Shown piece after piece: positions 30,452-40,797 of a stretch of 64,000 nucleotides of DNA. The stretch's first letter is position 1. The number at the start of each line of letters is the position of its first letter. This DNA comes from an uncultured delta proteobacterium (GTDB lineage Bacteria > Desulfobacterota > Binatia > UBA9968), in the NCBI GenBank assembly GCA_963728565.1, contig CAVSLC010000002.1, positions 128,001-192,000 on the forward strand, written 5' to 3'. Under the pieces are notes generated by a model that saw only the letters and a list, made by a program, of their open reading frames with translations, did no database searches and was not told the origin of the DNA. Both the position numbers and the translations under genes were made by a program.

Positions 30452-31534
30452 CTAGTCTCTGATGTCCTGTAGAAACCAGCTGGTGGGTATCTCTTGGCCG
30501 AGGCCGCGCCGTTTTGCCTCACGAACGACGTAGCCGGCAGTCGACGCAAATTGCAAGCCTTGAGTGCCGCTGTTGGCAAAAAAGGTAATCTGATTGCGAT
30601 TTGCTCGACCTTGGAGTTTGCCGGACATGACATCGGTGAGCAGGGGGAAGTCGCTGGAAAAAATGTCGACTCGGGGATTGGCGATTCTCTTGATCTCCTC
30701 CTCGTTGCCGGCGACCACGGCCGCTTCGCCGCCGATGCGCCGCATCCCGACATCGAGGTTCATCGTGGCCCGGCCCATTTTGATGACGAGATCGGATTGT
30801 TTCACGATCTCGGGGCTCCATTCGTTGGATTTGACACAAGTGAGGTGCATGCCGGGCTCGATCCACGAGGGATCTTGGACGACGACTTGAATGGAATCGG
30901 TGCAGGTGGCGACGATGTCGCACCCGCGCACGGCATCCTCCGGTCGTTCTACAGGTATGATTTTGATTGCTAACTTCTCACTCATTTCTTGGGCAAAAGT
31001 GTCACGATTCTTTTTTGTCGGGCTGTAAACCCGTACCTCGGTAATTTTCCTGACCTCATTGAAAGCCAGCAGATACGTGCGCGCCATTCCGCCTGCGCCG
31101 AAGATGCCGATCACGTGGGAATCTTCACGCGATAGATATTTCACGCCCAAACCGGCGCAGCCACCGACGCGCATATGCTGGATGATGCCGTCATTGATAA
31201 TTGCCAATGGCTCGCCGTTGCGGGTGGAAAATACCATGACGATGCCACAGAAGGTTCCCGGCTCGATGCAATATTTTTCCACCGTCTTTCCCTCAGGCCA
31301 TTCCAGCATGTCAGACTTCATGCGAATGGCGAAAGTTTCGAAGCTCCTGGAGGCTCCTTCCATGGTACCCCAGCGATACATTATTTTTGGATCGTCGTTG
31401 GGCACGAATAGGTCGTAACGGCCGCGGTAGACAGCGCGTTCATTGATGAGATCGCGATAGCCGGTTTCCAACGCGGCCATGCAACCTTTCATGTCGAGAA
31501 TCTGCTCGACGGTTTGATTATTAATCAGCAGCAT
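30452..31534 (-). CDS. Ornithine cyclodeaminase/mu-crystallin family protein
   Basis: NGEPLAII, GIFGAGGMA, DIVATCT, GTQGLQFA motifs; AGGAGG RBS. Confidence 0.85.
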   Translation of the reverse strand: MLLINNQTVEQILDMKGCMAALETGYRDLINERAVYRGRYDLFVPNDDPKIMYRWGTMEGASRSFETFAIRMKSDMLEWPEGKTVEKYCIEPGTFCGIVMVFSTRNGEPLAIINDGIIQHMRVGGCAGLGVKYLSREDSHVIGIFGAGGMARTYLLAFNEVRKITEVRVYSPTKKNRDTFAQEMSEKLAIKIIPVERPEDAVRGCDIVATCTDSIQVVVQDPSWIEPGMHLTCVKSNEWSPEIVKQSDLVIKMGRATMNLDVGMRRIGGEAAVVAGNEEEIKRIANPRVDIFSSDFPLLTDVMSGKLQGRANRNQITFFANSGTQGLQFASTAGYVVREAKRRGLGQEIPTSWFLQDIRD

Positions 31535-31786
31535 GAAGCCTCCTATCGAAGTTCAAAGAACAAGCTTCCTCTATTTCGCAGAAGCTTTGACAATGCAAGA
31601 GCAGTCGGACTGTAGCAAAAATGACTTATGAAAGCTTAAAACTGACTTCGCGGATTGTTCAGATTTCCGCTTATTCAGGCTTTTCAAAAAACGCGAGTAA
31701 GGCGGGATTGTCGAGAGCTGAGGCATATCGGACGTTGCAGGATTACGGGCAGCTGAACGAAGTGTCAAAGGCTGCCTGCGCAGCCG

Positions 31787-32230
31787 CTAACTGTCCAAAT
31801 CGGGTTTAGGAAGAACTACATGGGGGACGCCTTCATCGGCAAGCTCAGCTGCTTCGCTAGCCGTCGCCGTGCCGTGAATCGGCCGCTCTTCAGCCTTGCC
31901 CTGGTGAATCTGCCGCGCCTCATCGGCAAAGCGAGATCCGACGTCTTCGAAATTCTGCTTAACGTAATGGTGAACCTTAAGTAGCATTTCCTTAAATTCA
32001 GCCGGAGATGGCGGCGCGGGCGGTGTTCGGCTCGCTGTCTTTGCAGGCGGAGCTGGCTGCTCCTTCTTTACATGTACGGCGCAGGCGTGCGGTATCTTCT
32101 CAACTTTTGTCGTGCCGCAGGTAGGACAGGAAATCAGGCTTTGTTCGGCTTGTTTCTGATATTCCTCGAAGCTCGGAAACCAGCCCTCAAAGTTGTGTTT
32201 TTTCTTGCAGAGAAGATTGTAGATCACCAT
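31787..32230 (-). CDS. DUF1178 family protein
   Basis: Y.L.C...H.FEGWF, CPTCG, FEDVG.RFADEAR.IH...RPIHG. Confidence 0.88.
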   Translation of the reverse strand: MVIYNLLCKKKHNFEGWFPSFEEYQKQAEQSLISCPTCGTTKVEKIPHACAVHVKKEQPAPPAKTASRTPPAPPSPAEFKEMLLKVHHYVKQNFEDVGSRFADEARQIHQGKAEERPIHGTATASEAAELADEGVPHVVLPKPDLDS

Positions 32231-32376
32231 AAGTTAAGTCCACCATCTGGAGAATAACCATTTAAGAACCTTTCGGGATGAAGTCAAGCCGCCTGGCGTC
32301 AGCGAGAATTGATCGCGTCTACTTAGAATTATCCGAAATCTTGCCGGTCCGTGCAATCATGATAGAGTCGCCTTTG

Positions 32377-33537
32377 ATGAGCACCGACGTCTCGATCAAG
32401 GCTATTCGCAAGATTTCGGAAATCCCGCAAGCGCAATGGGATGCCCTGCTGGTCAACGGCTCGCCTTTCTTGAAGTGGCATTGGCTGGACAGCTTGGAGG
32501 GATCGGGCTGCGTCAACGATGAAACCGGTTGGCTGCCTCATCATCTGGTGGTGGAACGCGCCGGAAAAGTGGTTGCGGCGTGCCCCATGTACCTCAAGCT
32601 CCACAGTATGGGAGAGTTCGTCTTTGATTATGAGTGGGCTGAGACGGCCCATCATGTCGGCATTCAGTATTATCCCAAGATGCTCGTTGGGGTGCCCTTT
32701 ACGCCGGTAACAGGTCCTCGCTTTTTAACCGGTGCAGGAGCCGATCGAAGCGCCTTGATCGCGGTCATGGGGCAGGCCTTGGCCAAGATTGCCGCGGACA
32801 ACAAAATTTCTTCAGTTCACGTTAACTTCTGTTTGGACGATGAAGTCACCGCTCTCGAAGAAATCGGCTTTATTCCGCGGCGGGGCATCCAGTTTCACTG
32901 GCAGAACCACGATTTTAGCTCGTTCGATGATTATCTCGGCAGCTTTCGAAGCGATCGGCGCAACAAGATCAAGCGCGAGCGGAGGGAAATCGCCCAGCAG
33001 GGAATCTCAATCGGTGCGGTGGAGGGCGAACAGCTGACCGAAAAACATATGCGCACCATGTTTCGTCTTTACAAGGGCCACGTCGATCGACTCTATTACG
33101 GCCGCCAATACCTCACGGAGGAGTTCTTTCACCAACTTCAACGAAGGTTCGCGAGCAATGTCTGTCTCATGCTGGCCGAAGGCGACGGCAAGATTATTGC
33201 CGGAACTTTTAACATCAGAGATGATAGGGCCATGTACGGGCGATACTGGGGCGCGTTCCGGGACCAGCCTTTTCTCCACTTCAATGTTTGCTATTACTCG
33301 GCTATCGAGCACTGCATTAACATGAGACTTCAACGGTTCGAAGCCGGCGCCGGCGGCAGCTTCAAGCAACTTCGCGGCCTCGACCCCGAGCACACCACCA
33401 GCATGCATTATATCGTCGACGGCAGATTCCGACGCGCAGTCGAGCGCTTTCTAAAACAAGAGCGGGAGTTGATTCGCCAGAAACGCGACTTGTTGCTTGA
33501 GCGCAGCCAGTTGAAGCGTGAGCTCGAAGAGCCTTAG
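32377..33537 (+). CDS. GNAT-fold protein (DUF482/FemAB-like)
   Basis: YLKLHSMGEFVFD, YYPK, PFTPVTG, YGRYWG, LHFNVCYY, FEAGAGG; start may lie up to 99 nt upstream. Confidence 0.88.
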   Translation: MSTDVSIKAIRKISEIPQAQWDALLVNGSPFLKWHWLDSLEGSGCVNDETGWLPHHLVVERAGKVVAACPMYLKLHSMGEFVFDYEWAETAHHVGIQYYPKMLVGVPFTPVTGPRFLTGAGADRSALIAVMGQALAKIAADNKISSVHVNFCLDDEVTALEEIGFIPRRGIQFHWQNHDFSSFDDYLGSFRSDRRNKIKRERREIAQQGISIGAVEGEQLTEKHMRTMFRLYKGHVDRLYYGRQYLTEEFFHQLQRRFASNVCLMLAEGDGKIIAGTFNIRDDRAMYGRYWGAFRDQPFLHFNVCYYSAIEHCINMRLQRFEAGAGGSFKQLRGLDPEHTTSMHYIVDGRFRRAVERFLKQERELIRQKRDLLLERSQLKRELEEP

Positions 33538-33687
33538 GAGCTGCTGAAAAGGCCTCATCTGCTTGTTGCGCTCGCCCCGACTCGCTCCAAACAGACTGAA
33601 GCGCACGTTTTAGCTCATCGAACTTCGCGCGCCTCGCAACTGGACCTTTTTGAACAGCCTGCGAGCAGATTTTCAGCGACCTGTTAG
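33535..33687. repeat. MITE/REP-like element with imperfect terminal inverted repeats
   Basis: Left GCTGCTGAAAAGGCC versus GGACCTTTTTGAACAGCC (33642) and TTTTCAGC...CTGTTAG (33670-33687); non-coding. Confidence 0.45.
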
Positions 33688-33701
33688 TCCAAGCCGTTTC
33701 C

Positions 33702-33730
33702 TTGACAGGGTAGGAGCTTTCCTTTAACGT
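33702..33730 (+). promoter_or_regulatory. Sigma-70 promoter of the ABC operon
   Basis: TTGACA-17 nt-TAACGT. Confidence 0.6.
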
Positions 33731-33748
33731 CTGCTTCGGAGTTGGGAC

Positions 33749-34525
33749 GTGAAGGCTAGGACGAGGAACATCATCGAACCGATAGTTTTTTTCCTGGCGC
33801 TCCTAATCCTTTGGGAAATTTTGGTCGAGATTATCAAGGTTCCTTCATTCATTCTGCCGCCGCCGCGGGATTTGTGGATCGCCTTCATAAACAAGCTGCC
33901 GATTATTGGCCATCATGCCTGGATCACCTTTATTGAAGCCTTCGGCGGCTTCGCCTTGTCTTTACTTTTGGGGATTGGTTTCGCTGTCGCGGTGGTCTAC
34001 TCGCCCCATCTACAGAATACTATTTATCCGCTCATCGTGATTCTTTATGCGATGCCAAAAAGCGCCTTCGCGCCGTTGATGGTCATATGGGTCGGCTATG
34101 GGCTTGTGTCTAAAATAGCGATCGCCTTTCTCGTCGCGTTTTTCCCGATCGTGGTGAATACCGTCGTCGGGTTAAAAGAAGTTGAGCCGGAACTGTTGGA
34201 GTTGGCACGTATCAATCGCGGTTCGCAATTCGATATCTTCAAGAAGATTCGTCTGCCTAACTCGTTACCGTACATGTTCGCCGGGATCAAAGTGGCTATC
34301 GTACTATCGGTCACTGGCGCCATTGTCGCCGAGTTCGTGGCCGCAAACGAAGGCTTGGGCTATCTAGTTTTGCAGGCGAACTACAGCTTGGATACAGCAT
34401 TTGCACTGGTGATTCTGCTGATTCTAGCCGTGCTGTCCCTGGGGCTTTTTTGGCTGGTTGAAATTATCCAAAGAAAATTGGCGCCGTGGAGCGCTGAGGT
34501 GCGTCAGGTGGAAGGGTCTTTTTGA
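33749..34525 (+). CDS. ABC transporter permease (SsuC/TauC/NitT type)
   Basis: ILPPP, PKSAFAPL, FFPIVVNT, IRLPNSLP, AEFVAANEGLG. Confidence 0.92.
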   Translation: MKARTRNIIEPIVFFLALLILWEILVEIIKVPSFILPPPRDLWIAFINKLPIIGHHAWITFIEAFGGFALSLLLGIGFAVAVVYSPHLQNTIYPLIVILYAMPKSAFAPLMVIWVGYGLVSKIAIAFLVAFFPIVVNTVVGLKEVEPELLELARINRGSQFDIFKKIRLPNSLPYMFAGIKVAIVLSVTGAIVAEFVAANEGLGYLVLQANYSLDTAFALVILLILAVLSLGLFWLVEIIQRKLAPWSAEVRQVEGSF

Positions 34526-34552
34526 TATCGGAGGTGGAGCTCATGAGGAAGG

Positions 34553-35566
34553 TTGGCATTGAAATTCAAGATCGGGCGCATTGCCGCGGTTGTCCTAAGC
34601 GCGATTATGGCGTTCACCAGTTTCACCTTCAGCGCCATAGCCGCGCAACCGGAACCGGCCAACATCAGAATGGATTTCATCATCGGCGGCAAACATGCGC
34701 CTTGGTACGTCGCGCAGGAGAAAGGTTTTTATGCCAAGCGCGGCTTGGCGGCGACCATTCAGGCGGGCTCGGGTTCGGCGGATACTGTGCGGACGATTGC
34801 GGCCGGGGGCGCCGATTTTGGATTTGCCGATATCTCTACGGCGATTGTCGCGCGATCCCGCGGAACCGGGGTTCAGGTCGTAGGACAGCTTGGTTATGTC
34901 GCCGCTACCATTTTGTGGCGCGAAGATTCTGCCATAAAAGGACTTAAGGATCTGCAAGGCAAATCATGGGCCATCAGTCCCGGGCAGGCGCAGTGGTTTT
35001 TGATGCCGGCTTACTCTCGAATCAACGGCATCGATTTCAAATCCATCAAGATTCAGGAGACCGCGGCGCCAATCCAACCGGCGGCGCTTGCGACCAAGAA
35101 AGCGGACTTTATTATCATGTTCCGCGCTTCAAATGATGAGGTCGCGGAATTAGCAGCATCCAAGGTTGGGAGTAAGTTGAAGCGGGTTTTCATGAAGGAT
35201 ACTGGCCTCGACATTTACGGCAGCGGTTTGGTGGCCAAGGAAGAGGATATCAAGAAACGCCCCGATTTCGTCAAGGCCTATGTTGAAGGGACCATGGAGG
35301 GACTACGCTACACCCGTGATAATCAGGAGGAGGCATTGCAGATCCTGATGAAGCAGAAACCCGAGTTGGATCAAGCTCTCACCATGCTGCAGCTGAGGAA
35401 TGCTCTATACGAGGTCATGTTGCCGCCGGAATCGGTGCAGTCCGGCTTGGGGTACATGAAACCGGATATTATGGAAAAGACGGTGCGCATCACCAACGAA
35501 TATTTCGATGTGGCGCGCAAGGTTACCCCAAAGGAAGTTTTCACCAACCAGTTTATCAAGAGATAA
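34553..35566 (+). CDS. ABC substrate-binding protein (SsuA/THI5/NMT1 type)
   Basis: Signal peptide, YVAQEKGFYAKRGL, GSGS, ADFG, YGSGL, FTNQFI. Confidence 0.9.
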   Translation: MALKFKIGRIAAVVLSAIMAFTSFTFSAIAAQPEPANIRMDFIIGGKHAPWYVAQEKGFYAKRGLAATIQAGSGSADTVRTIAAGGADFGFADISTAIVARSRGTGVQVVGQLGYVAATILWREDSAIKGLKDLQGKSWAISPGQAQWFLMPAYSRINGIDFKSIKIQETAAPIQPAALATKKADFIIMFRASNDEVAELAASKVGSKLKRVFMKDTGLDIYGSGLVAKEEDIKKRPDFVKAYVEGTMEGLRYTRDNQEEALQILMKQKPELDQALTMLQLRNALYEVMLPPESVQSGLGYMKPDIMEKTVRITNEYFDVARKVTPKEVFTNQFIKR

Positions 35567-35772
35567 GGCTTTCTAGCTCGGCTCCGCAGTGCCGCTCTCA
35601 TCGCGGACGAAGGAAGTTTGTACCGACAATTTATCAAGAGATGATCGTATCGCCCAGTTCGGGGTCCCAATGCCAGCCCTAATCGTCGTTGAAGGGGTTT
35701 GTACCGATTAGTTTACCAAGAGATAATTGCATTGCTCAGTTTGGGTCTAATGCCACCCCTAATCGCCTTTGA
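35531..35772 (+). repeat. Diverged tandem triplication (about 80 bp unit) of the SBP-ATPase gene junction
   Basis: Units start at 35531, 35610 and 35692; each has AAGG..GTTT...TTTAyCAAGAGAT followed by a copy of TGCC..CyCT.ATCG. Confidence 0.8.
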
Positions 35773-36545
35773 CAATGTCTGCCGGGTGTTTACCAACGGC
35801 GCCAAGATGGTCAATGCCTTGGAGTGCATTTCTTTCGAGATTAACACCAGCGAATTTGTCTCCATCGTAGGACCCAGCGGCTGCGGCAAGAGCACCTTGC
35901 TGAAAATTCTTTCGGGACTTCATCCCTGCGTCATCGGGACAAATTGCCATCAATGGCAAAGCCGTCAAGGAACCTCTAGAGAATGTCGGCATGGTATTTC
36001 AGGCTCCGGTATTGTTAAAATGGCGTCCCGTCTTGGGAAATATTCTATTGCCAGTGGAGTTCGCCAAGCGCAATGTTGCCAGCCATATAGAGAGGGCTCG
36101 CTCTTTGATCAAGTTGGTCGGGCTGGATGGCTTCGAGGAGATGTACCCGCATCAGCTCTCCGGCGGCATGCAGCAGCGAGTTTCACTCTGTCGCGCCCTA
36201 GTGACCGATCCGCAACTGCTGCTCATGGACGAGCCTTTTGGGGCGCTCGACGCAATGACCCGCGACGAGTTGGACCTCGAGTTACTGAGATTGTGGGAAG
36301 AAAAGAAGAAAACCGTTTTGTTCGTTACGCATAGCATCCAGGAAGCGGTGTTCTTGTCGGACCGCGTATTCGTCATGTCTGCGAGGCCCGGCAGGCTGCT
36401 GAAAGTGCTGTCGATTGATCTTCCCCGACCGCGGACTCTGGAGATGATGAGCAGCGTGGGGTTCGGTGAGTACACCCTGAGAATCAGAAGTCTGCTAGGC
36501 TCCACGATGGGTACACCGGCGGCGATTTCCGGTTCCACGGCATGA
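35750..36545 (+). CDS. ABC transporter ATP-binding protein (frameshift near 35921)
   Basis: GPSGCGKST in one frame; [19 protein letters not shown] in the next. Confidence 0.9.
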
Positions 36546-36621
36546 ATTTGCATCCGCTGCTGCGTCCTCATTCGGCGAATCACACTTACCTCCAAATCAA
36601 CACAGAACGGACGATAATTCT

Positions 36622-37663
36622 TTGGCCAAACAACGAGCAATGACCTACGCCGCTGCGGGTGTCAGCATCGAGGCGGGCGATGAGCTGGTGCGCCGCATCG
36701 GCCGCGCTGCCAAGAAAACCAAAATGCCGGGATTGCTTGCCGGCGTTGGCGGTTTTAGCGCGCTTTTCGATTTGCAAGCTCGCCGCTACCGTGAACCCGT
36801 TCTGGTTTCCTCTACCGACGGTGTCGGCACTAAGCTCAAGATTGCTTTCGCCACCGGTATTCATGAGACGGTCGGCATCGATCTGGTGGCGATGAGTGTC
36901 AATGACATTTTGACGCAGGGTGCCGAGCCGCTGTTTTTCCTGGATTACTTCGTGTGCGGCAAACTCGACGTCGGTATTGCCGAGGCGGTTATCCGTGGCA
37001 TCGCTCGAGGTTGCCAGCAATCGGGCTGCGTATTGATCGGTGGCGAGACTGCTGAGCATCCCGGCGATTTCCGGGATGGAGAGTATGATCTGGCGGGATT
37101 TGTAGTCGGAGTGTTGGAAAAAAAGAAAATTCTCAGTCCTGCGAGCGATTATTCCAGGCGATGTTCTCATCGGGCTTGTTTCCAGTGGGCTTCACAGCAA
37201 CGGCTATTCATTAGCCCGCAAGATCCTGCTTTCGCGCGGTCGTCTAAAACTGAGCCAACGGTTGCCCGAGCTCGGCCGAACTCTGGGCGAGGAGCTTCTC
37301 ACGCCGACGCGCATTTACGCCAGGACCATGCGCACTCTACTGGCTCAGTGGCCTATCAAAGGCGCGGCGCACATAACCGGTGGTGGAATCGTCGGGAATC
37401 TGCCGCGTGTCCTGCCGCCCGGCGCGCGCGCGCTTATCCACAGGGACAGCTGGCCGATGCCTCCGATATTTGGCATGATAGCAAAGATAGGCGCGGTACC
37501 TCGCGACGAGATGGACCGGACTTTCAATAACGGTTTGGGTATGATCCTGGTGGTCGGCAAAAAAGCTGCCGATGGAGCCATGCGTTCGCTTAAGCAGAGC
37601 GGAGAAAAGCCGATTGTGATCGGCGAGATCCGCAAGGGCCGTCGCGGCGCAGACATCATCTAA
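36622..37663 (+). CDS. purM: Phosphoribosylformylglycinamidine cyclo-ligase (frameshift near 37146)
   Basis: TYAAAGV, TDGVGTK, GGETAE, then [23 protein letters not shown]. Confidence 0.95.
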
Positions 37664-37672
37664 GGCACGATT

Positions 37673-38329
37673 ATGGCAAGGCAGCTTCCGATAGGCGTTC
37701 TCATCTCAGGCAATGGCACCAATCTTCAAGCCATCATCGATGCCATCGAAGCGCGCGCGCTCGATGCTAAGATCGAGGTCGTGCTGAGCAACAAAGCGGA
37801 CGCTTATGGCCTGGCGCGAGCTCAGAAGCACAATCTTTCCACGGCAGTGTTGGATCATAAATCGTTTTCCAGCCGTGAAGCCTACGACCAGGCGGTGGTG
37901 GATATTCTCCGGCGCTGCAAAGTTGAGCTCGTCGTGCTAGCCGGTTTCATGCGGCTATTGTCACCGCTATTCATCAAAGCGTATTCCAATCGCATCATGA
38001 ATATTCATCCGGCATTGCTGCCGGCGTTCCCCGGCCTGCGCGTGCAGAAAAAAGCGCTCGATCATGGTGTGCGATTCTCCGGTTGTACGGTTCACTTCGT
38101 CAATGATGAATGCGACGAGGGCCCGATCATTATGCAGGCGGTTGTGCCGGTCTTTCCGGACGACAGCGAAAGCGTTCTCGCGGCCCGCATCCTCAAGCAA
38201 GAACATAAGATATATCCGCGGGCGATTCAGCTTTACGCCGAACGAAAACTTCAGATTGTCGGCCGTAGAGTGATGGTGGATGATCTCTCGAAGGACGACA
38301 AGCAGGTTCTTATCCAACCCCAAGTATGA
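37673..38329 (+). CDS. purN: Phosphoribosylglycinamide formyltransferase
   Basis: SGNGTNLQA, LAGFMR, NIHPALLP, GCTVHFV, DEGPII. Confidence 0.95.
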   Translation: MARQLPIGVLISGNGTNLQAIIDAIEARALDAKIEVVLSNKADAYGLARAQKHNLSTAVLDHKSFSSREAYDQAVVDILRRCKVELVVLAGFMRLLSPLFIKAYSNRIMNIHPALLPAFPGLRVQKKALDHGVRFSGCTVHFVNDECDEGPIIMQAVVPVFPDDSESVLAARILKQEHKIYPRAIQLYAERKLQIVGRRVMVDDLSKDDKQVLIQPQV

Positions 38330-39300
38330 AAAACCGCAAGAGCATCCTGTTGTTTTCCCTCAAGCTCTTGGTCAGCGTCGGGCTGCTGGGCTATTTGGTA
38401 ACGCGCATTGACGGCGAACAGTTTGCCCATACGCTGGCGTCAGCGAACTTTTCCTATATCGCTTTGGCCTTGGTGATATATCTTGGCACCCAAATAGTTA
38501 GCGCTCTGAGGTGGACCGTGTTGACCCGCCCGCTGGGCATCCGCACCCCGTACAAGGATCTGGCCGCTTACTATTTCATCGGCATGTTTTTCAATCTATT
38601 CGCGCCGAGCACGGTGGGCGGAGACGTCAGCCGTGTCTACTATCTTGCCCGGGAGCAGAACAAAGACCATCAGAAGCACGCATCCGGAAGCACCATTCAA
38701 GCCGCAGTTTCGGTGTTGATGGACCGCGCCATCGGCATGGTGGTGCTTATCTGGCTTGGCGCAGTGGGTCTTCTCTTATTCCCTCATTATGGAGTTCCTC
38801 GTCCGATACGCGCACTGACCTTATCCTTGGCTGCCGGGTTTTTCATCGCTGGCTTGCTCCTGCCGCTGGTTCGGCGCGTGCTGCCCGAGGATGCGCATCC
38901 GTGGGTTACCAAGTTGCGTGTTATTCTGACGAGTTACCGCAGGGGCTGGCGCGTCATTCCGCAAGCAATCACTCTGTCGTTCATGGTTCACCTGGTTCAA
39001 GCCTGGATGCATGTGATCATGGGCTTGGCCCTTCACCTGAGTCTGCCGCTTTCTTTTTGCATCATCGTTTACCCCTTGGTAGGAACCTTTGCGGCGCTAC
39101 CGATCAGCGTAAACGGTTTTGGCTTGCGCGAGGGCGGCTATATCTTTCTGCTTGCATTAATCGGTATCAACTCCGAAGAGGGTATCGCCTTCGGCTTATT
39201 GTTATTCCTCATCGTAGCGGTGGATAGTTTGATTGGCGGAGTACTCTTTCTGGTCAAAAGAGGTTCCGCGCCCGCAAGCACGGTCAGCGCTGAGATTTAA
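38326..39300 (+). CDS. Lysylphosphatidylglycerol synthase TM-domain (UPF0104/flippase-like) protein
   Basis: RW, FFNLFAPSTVGGD, DR, LPISVNGFGLREG motifs. Confidence 0.85.
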   Translation: MKNRKSILLFSLKLLVSVGLLGYLVTRIDGEQFAHTLASANFSYIALALVIYLGTQIVSALRWTVLTRPLGIRTPYKDLAAYYFIGMFFNLFAPSTVGGDVSRVYYLAREQNKDHQKHASGSTIQAAVSVLMDRAIGMVVLIWLGAVGLLLFPHYGVPRPIRALTLSLAAGFFIAGLLLPLVRRVLPEDAHPWVTKLRVILTSYRRGWRVIPQAITLSFMVHLVQAWMHVIMGLALHLSLPLSFCIIVYPLVGTFAALPISVNGFGLREGGYIFLLALIGINSEEGIAFGLLLFLIVAVDSLIGGVLFLVKRGSAPASTVSAEI

Positions 39301-40649
39301 GTCAGGTAGTGAATAAACAACGTCGCCAGGCCGAGAAAAGAAAGAAAGCCAAACGCATCGGTAAGGCCTGTCACAACAATCCCGGAGCCCAGCGCCGGAT
39401 CAAATTTCATCGCTTTTAACAGCAGCGGAATGACTGCACCCGACAGTCCGGCGACCAGCCCTAGATTCAGTATCATCGCAACGGCGAGCACTAATCCCAG
39501 AGTTGGATTGCCCTGCCACAAGGCCGCAATCAGAGCGATCACGGCGCCCGCCGCAACAGCGAGACAAACATTAACGGAAACCTGCTTGACGATCGCTTTC
39601 CACGCGGACGAGAATTCAAGCTCGCCAAGCGCAATGCCACGAATAATTACCGTCGCGGTTTGAGTCGCGCCATTGCCGCCAACGCCCGCGACAATCGGCA
39701 TAAACGTTACCAGGGCGACAAGTTCCGTGATCGTTCCCTGGAAGATCGTCACTACCGACGCTGCCAATCCCGTCGTGAGCAAATTCAGCATCGTCCATGG
39801 GAGCCGCATCTTGAAAGATCGGGAGATCGGCGTGAAAACTCGATCCTCCTCGGCTAAGCCGGCCATCTTGTACATGTCTTCGGTGCTTTCCTCGTTGATG
39901 ATATCGATGACGTCGTCCACCGTGATGATGCCTTCCAATCGACCGCCTTCATCGACGATCGGTAAGGCTAAAAGCTCGTATTTCGCGACGATGCGGGCCG
40001 CTTCTTCCTGGTCCATGAAGACATCGCCTTTTAGCGGGTCCGCAATCATCATCTCGCTCAATGTGCGATCACGGGGGGCAATGACTAAATTGCGAATCGG
40101 CACGACGCCGACCAACTTGTTCTCGTGGTCGACGACGTAAAGATAGAAAAAACTCTCAAGCTCGCCGCGTTCACGGATTTTATCGATGGCCCCTTGAGCC
40201 GTGGTGGTTGGCGCCAAAGCCATAAATTCCGTGTTCATGATTCTGCCAACGGTGCCTTCGGGATAGCTGATCAGCTCGCGGACTTCCTCGCGGCGCTCGG
40301 GATCCAGTAACGACAAAACAGATTCACGGCGCTCTTCCGTTAAGCTGTCGATAATCGTCACGGCATCATCGGGATCGGCGCGCACAATGACACGGGCGAT
40401 TTTTTCATCGTCGATCAGCGCCAGGATGTCGGGCAACAACTCAGGCGGTAGTTCGGTGAGGGTTTTGGCGGCTCGACGAGCGGAGAAGAGGATGTCGAAA
40501 AATTGTCGCACCTCGGTCGGGTCCAGTCCTTTGAAGAGGAGCGCAATGTCGGCAGGATGGCTTTTGCCGATGAAGCGCAATATGCGATCCGGCGTCGCAG
40601 TGCGCAACATTTCTCGAACTGTATCGTAATCGATGGGAGTGGATTTCAT
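39297..40649 (-). CDS. mgtE: Magnesium transporter MgtE
   Basis: N-domain, CBS pair, RLPW, GVGGNGATQ, DPALGSG, TD. Confidence 0.95.
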   Translation of the reverse strand: MKSTPIDYDTVREMLRTATPDRILRFIGKSHPADIALLFKGLDPTEVRQFFDILFSARRAAKTLTELPPELLPDILALIDDEKIARVIVRADPDDAVTIIDSLTEERRESVLSLLDPERREEVRELISYPEGTVGRIMNTEFMALAPTTTAQGAIDKIRERGELESFFYLYVVDHENKLVGVVPIRNLVIAPRDRTLSEMMIADPLKGDVFMDQEEAARIVAKYELLALPIVDEGGRLEGIITVDDVIDIINEESTEDMYKMAGLAEEDRVFTPISRSFKMRLPWTMLNLLTTGLAASVVTIFQGTITELVALVTFMPIVAGVGGNGATQTATVIIRGIALGELEFSSAWKAIVKQVSVNVCLAVAAGAVIALIAALWQGNPTLGLVLAVAMILNLGLVAGLSGAVIPLLLKAMKFDPALGSGIVVTGLTDAFGFLSFLGLATLFIHYLT

Positions 40650-40797
40650 GTTGTCCCTGGGCTCGCGACTTCGCGTCTCTTCTTAACCATTGGTATGGTG
40701 ATTTGCAAATGATTCTAACCAATTGGCGCCCTTATAGGCAGGATAAAAATCTGTTATCGTGAGCTTCACTTTGGCCGCGCAAGCGAAGAGTATAAGC

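Noticed and set aside
35531-35772. Possible mini CRISPR array (three repeats of about 33 bp at about 80 bp period)
   Set aside because: The 'spacers' resemble each other, the repeat is the SBP gene's own 3' end, and no cas genes are present; it is a tandem triplication
36622-37663. Programmed frameshifting or true pseudogene in purM and similar genes
   Set aside because: No slippery heptamer or stimulator at the break, and the same kind of break is scattered across unrelated genes
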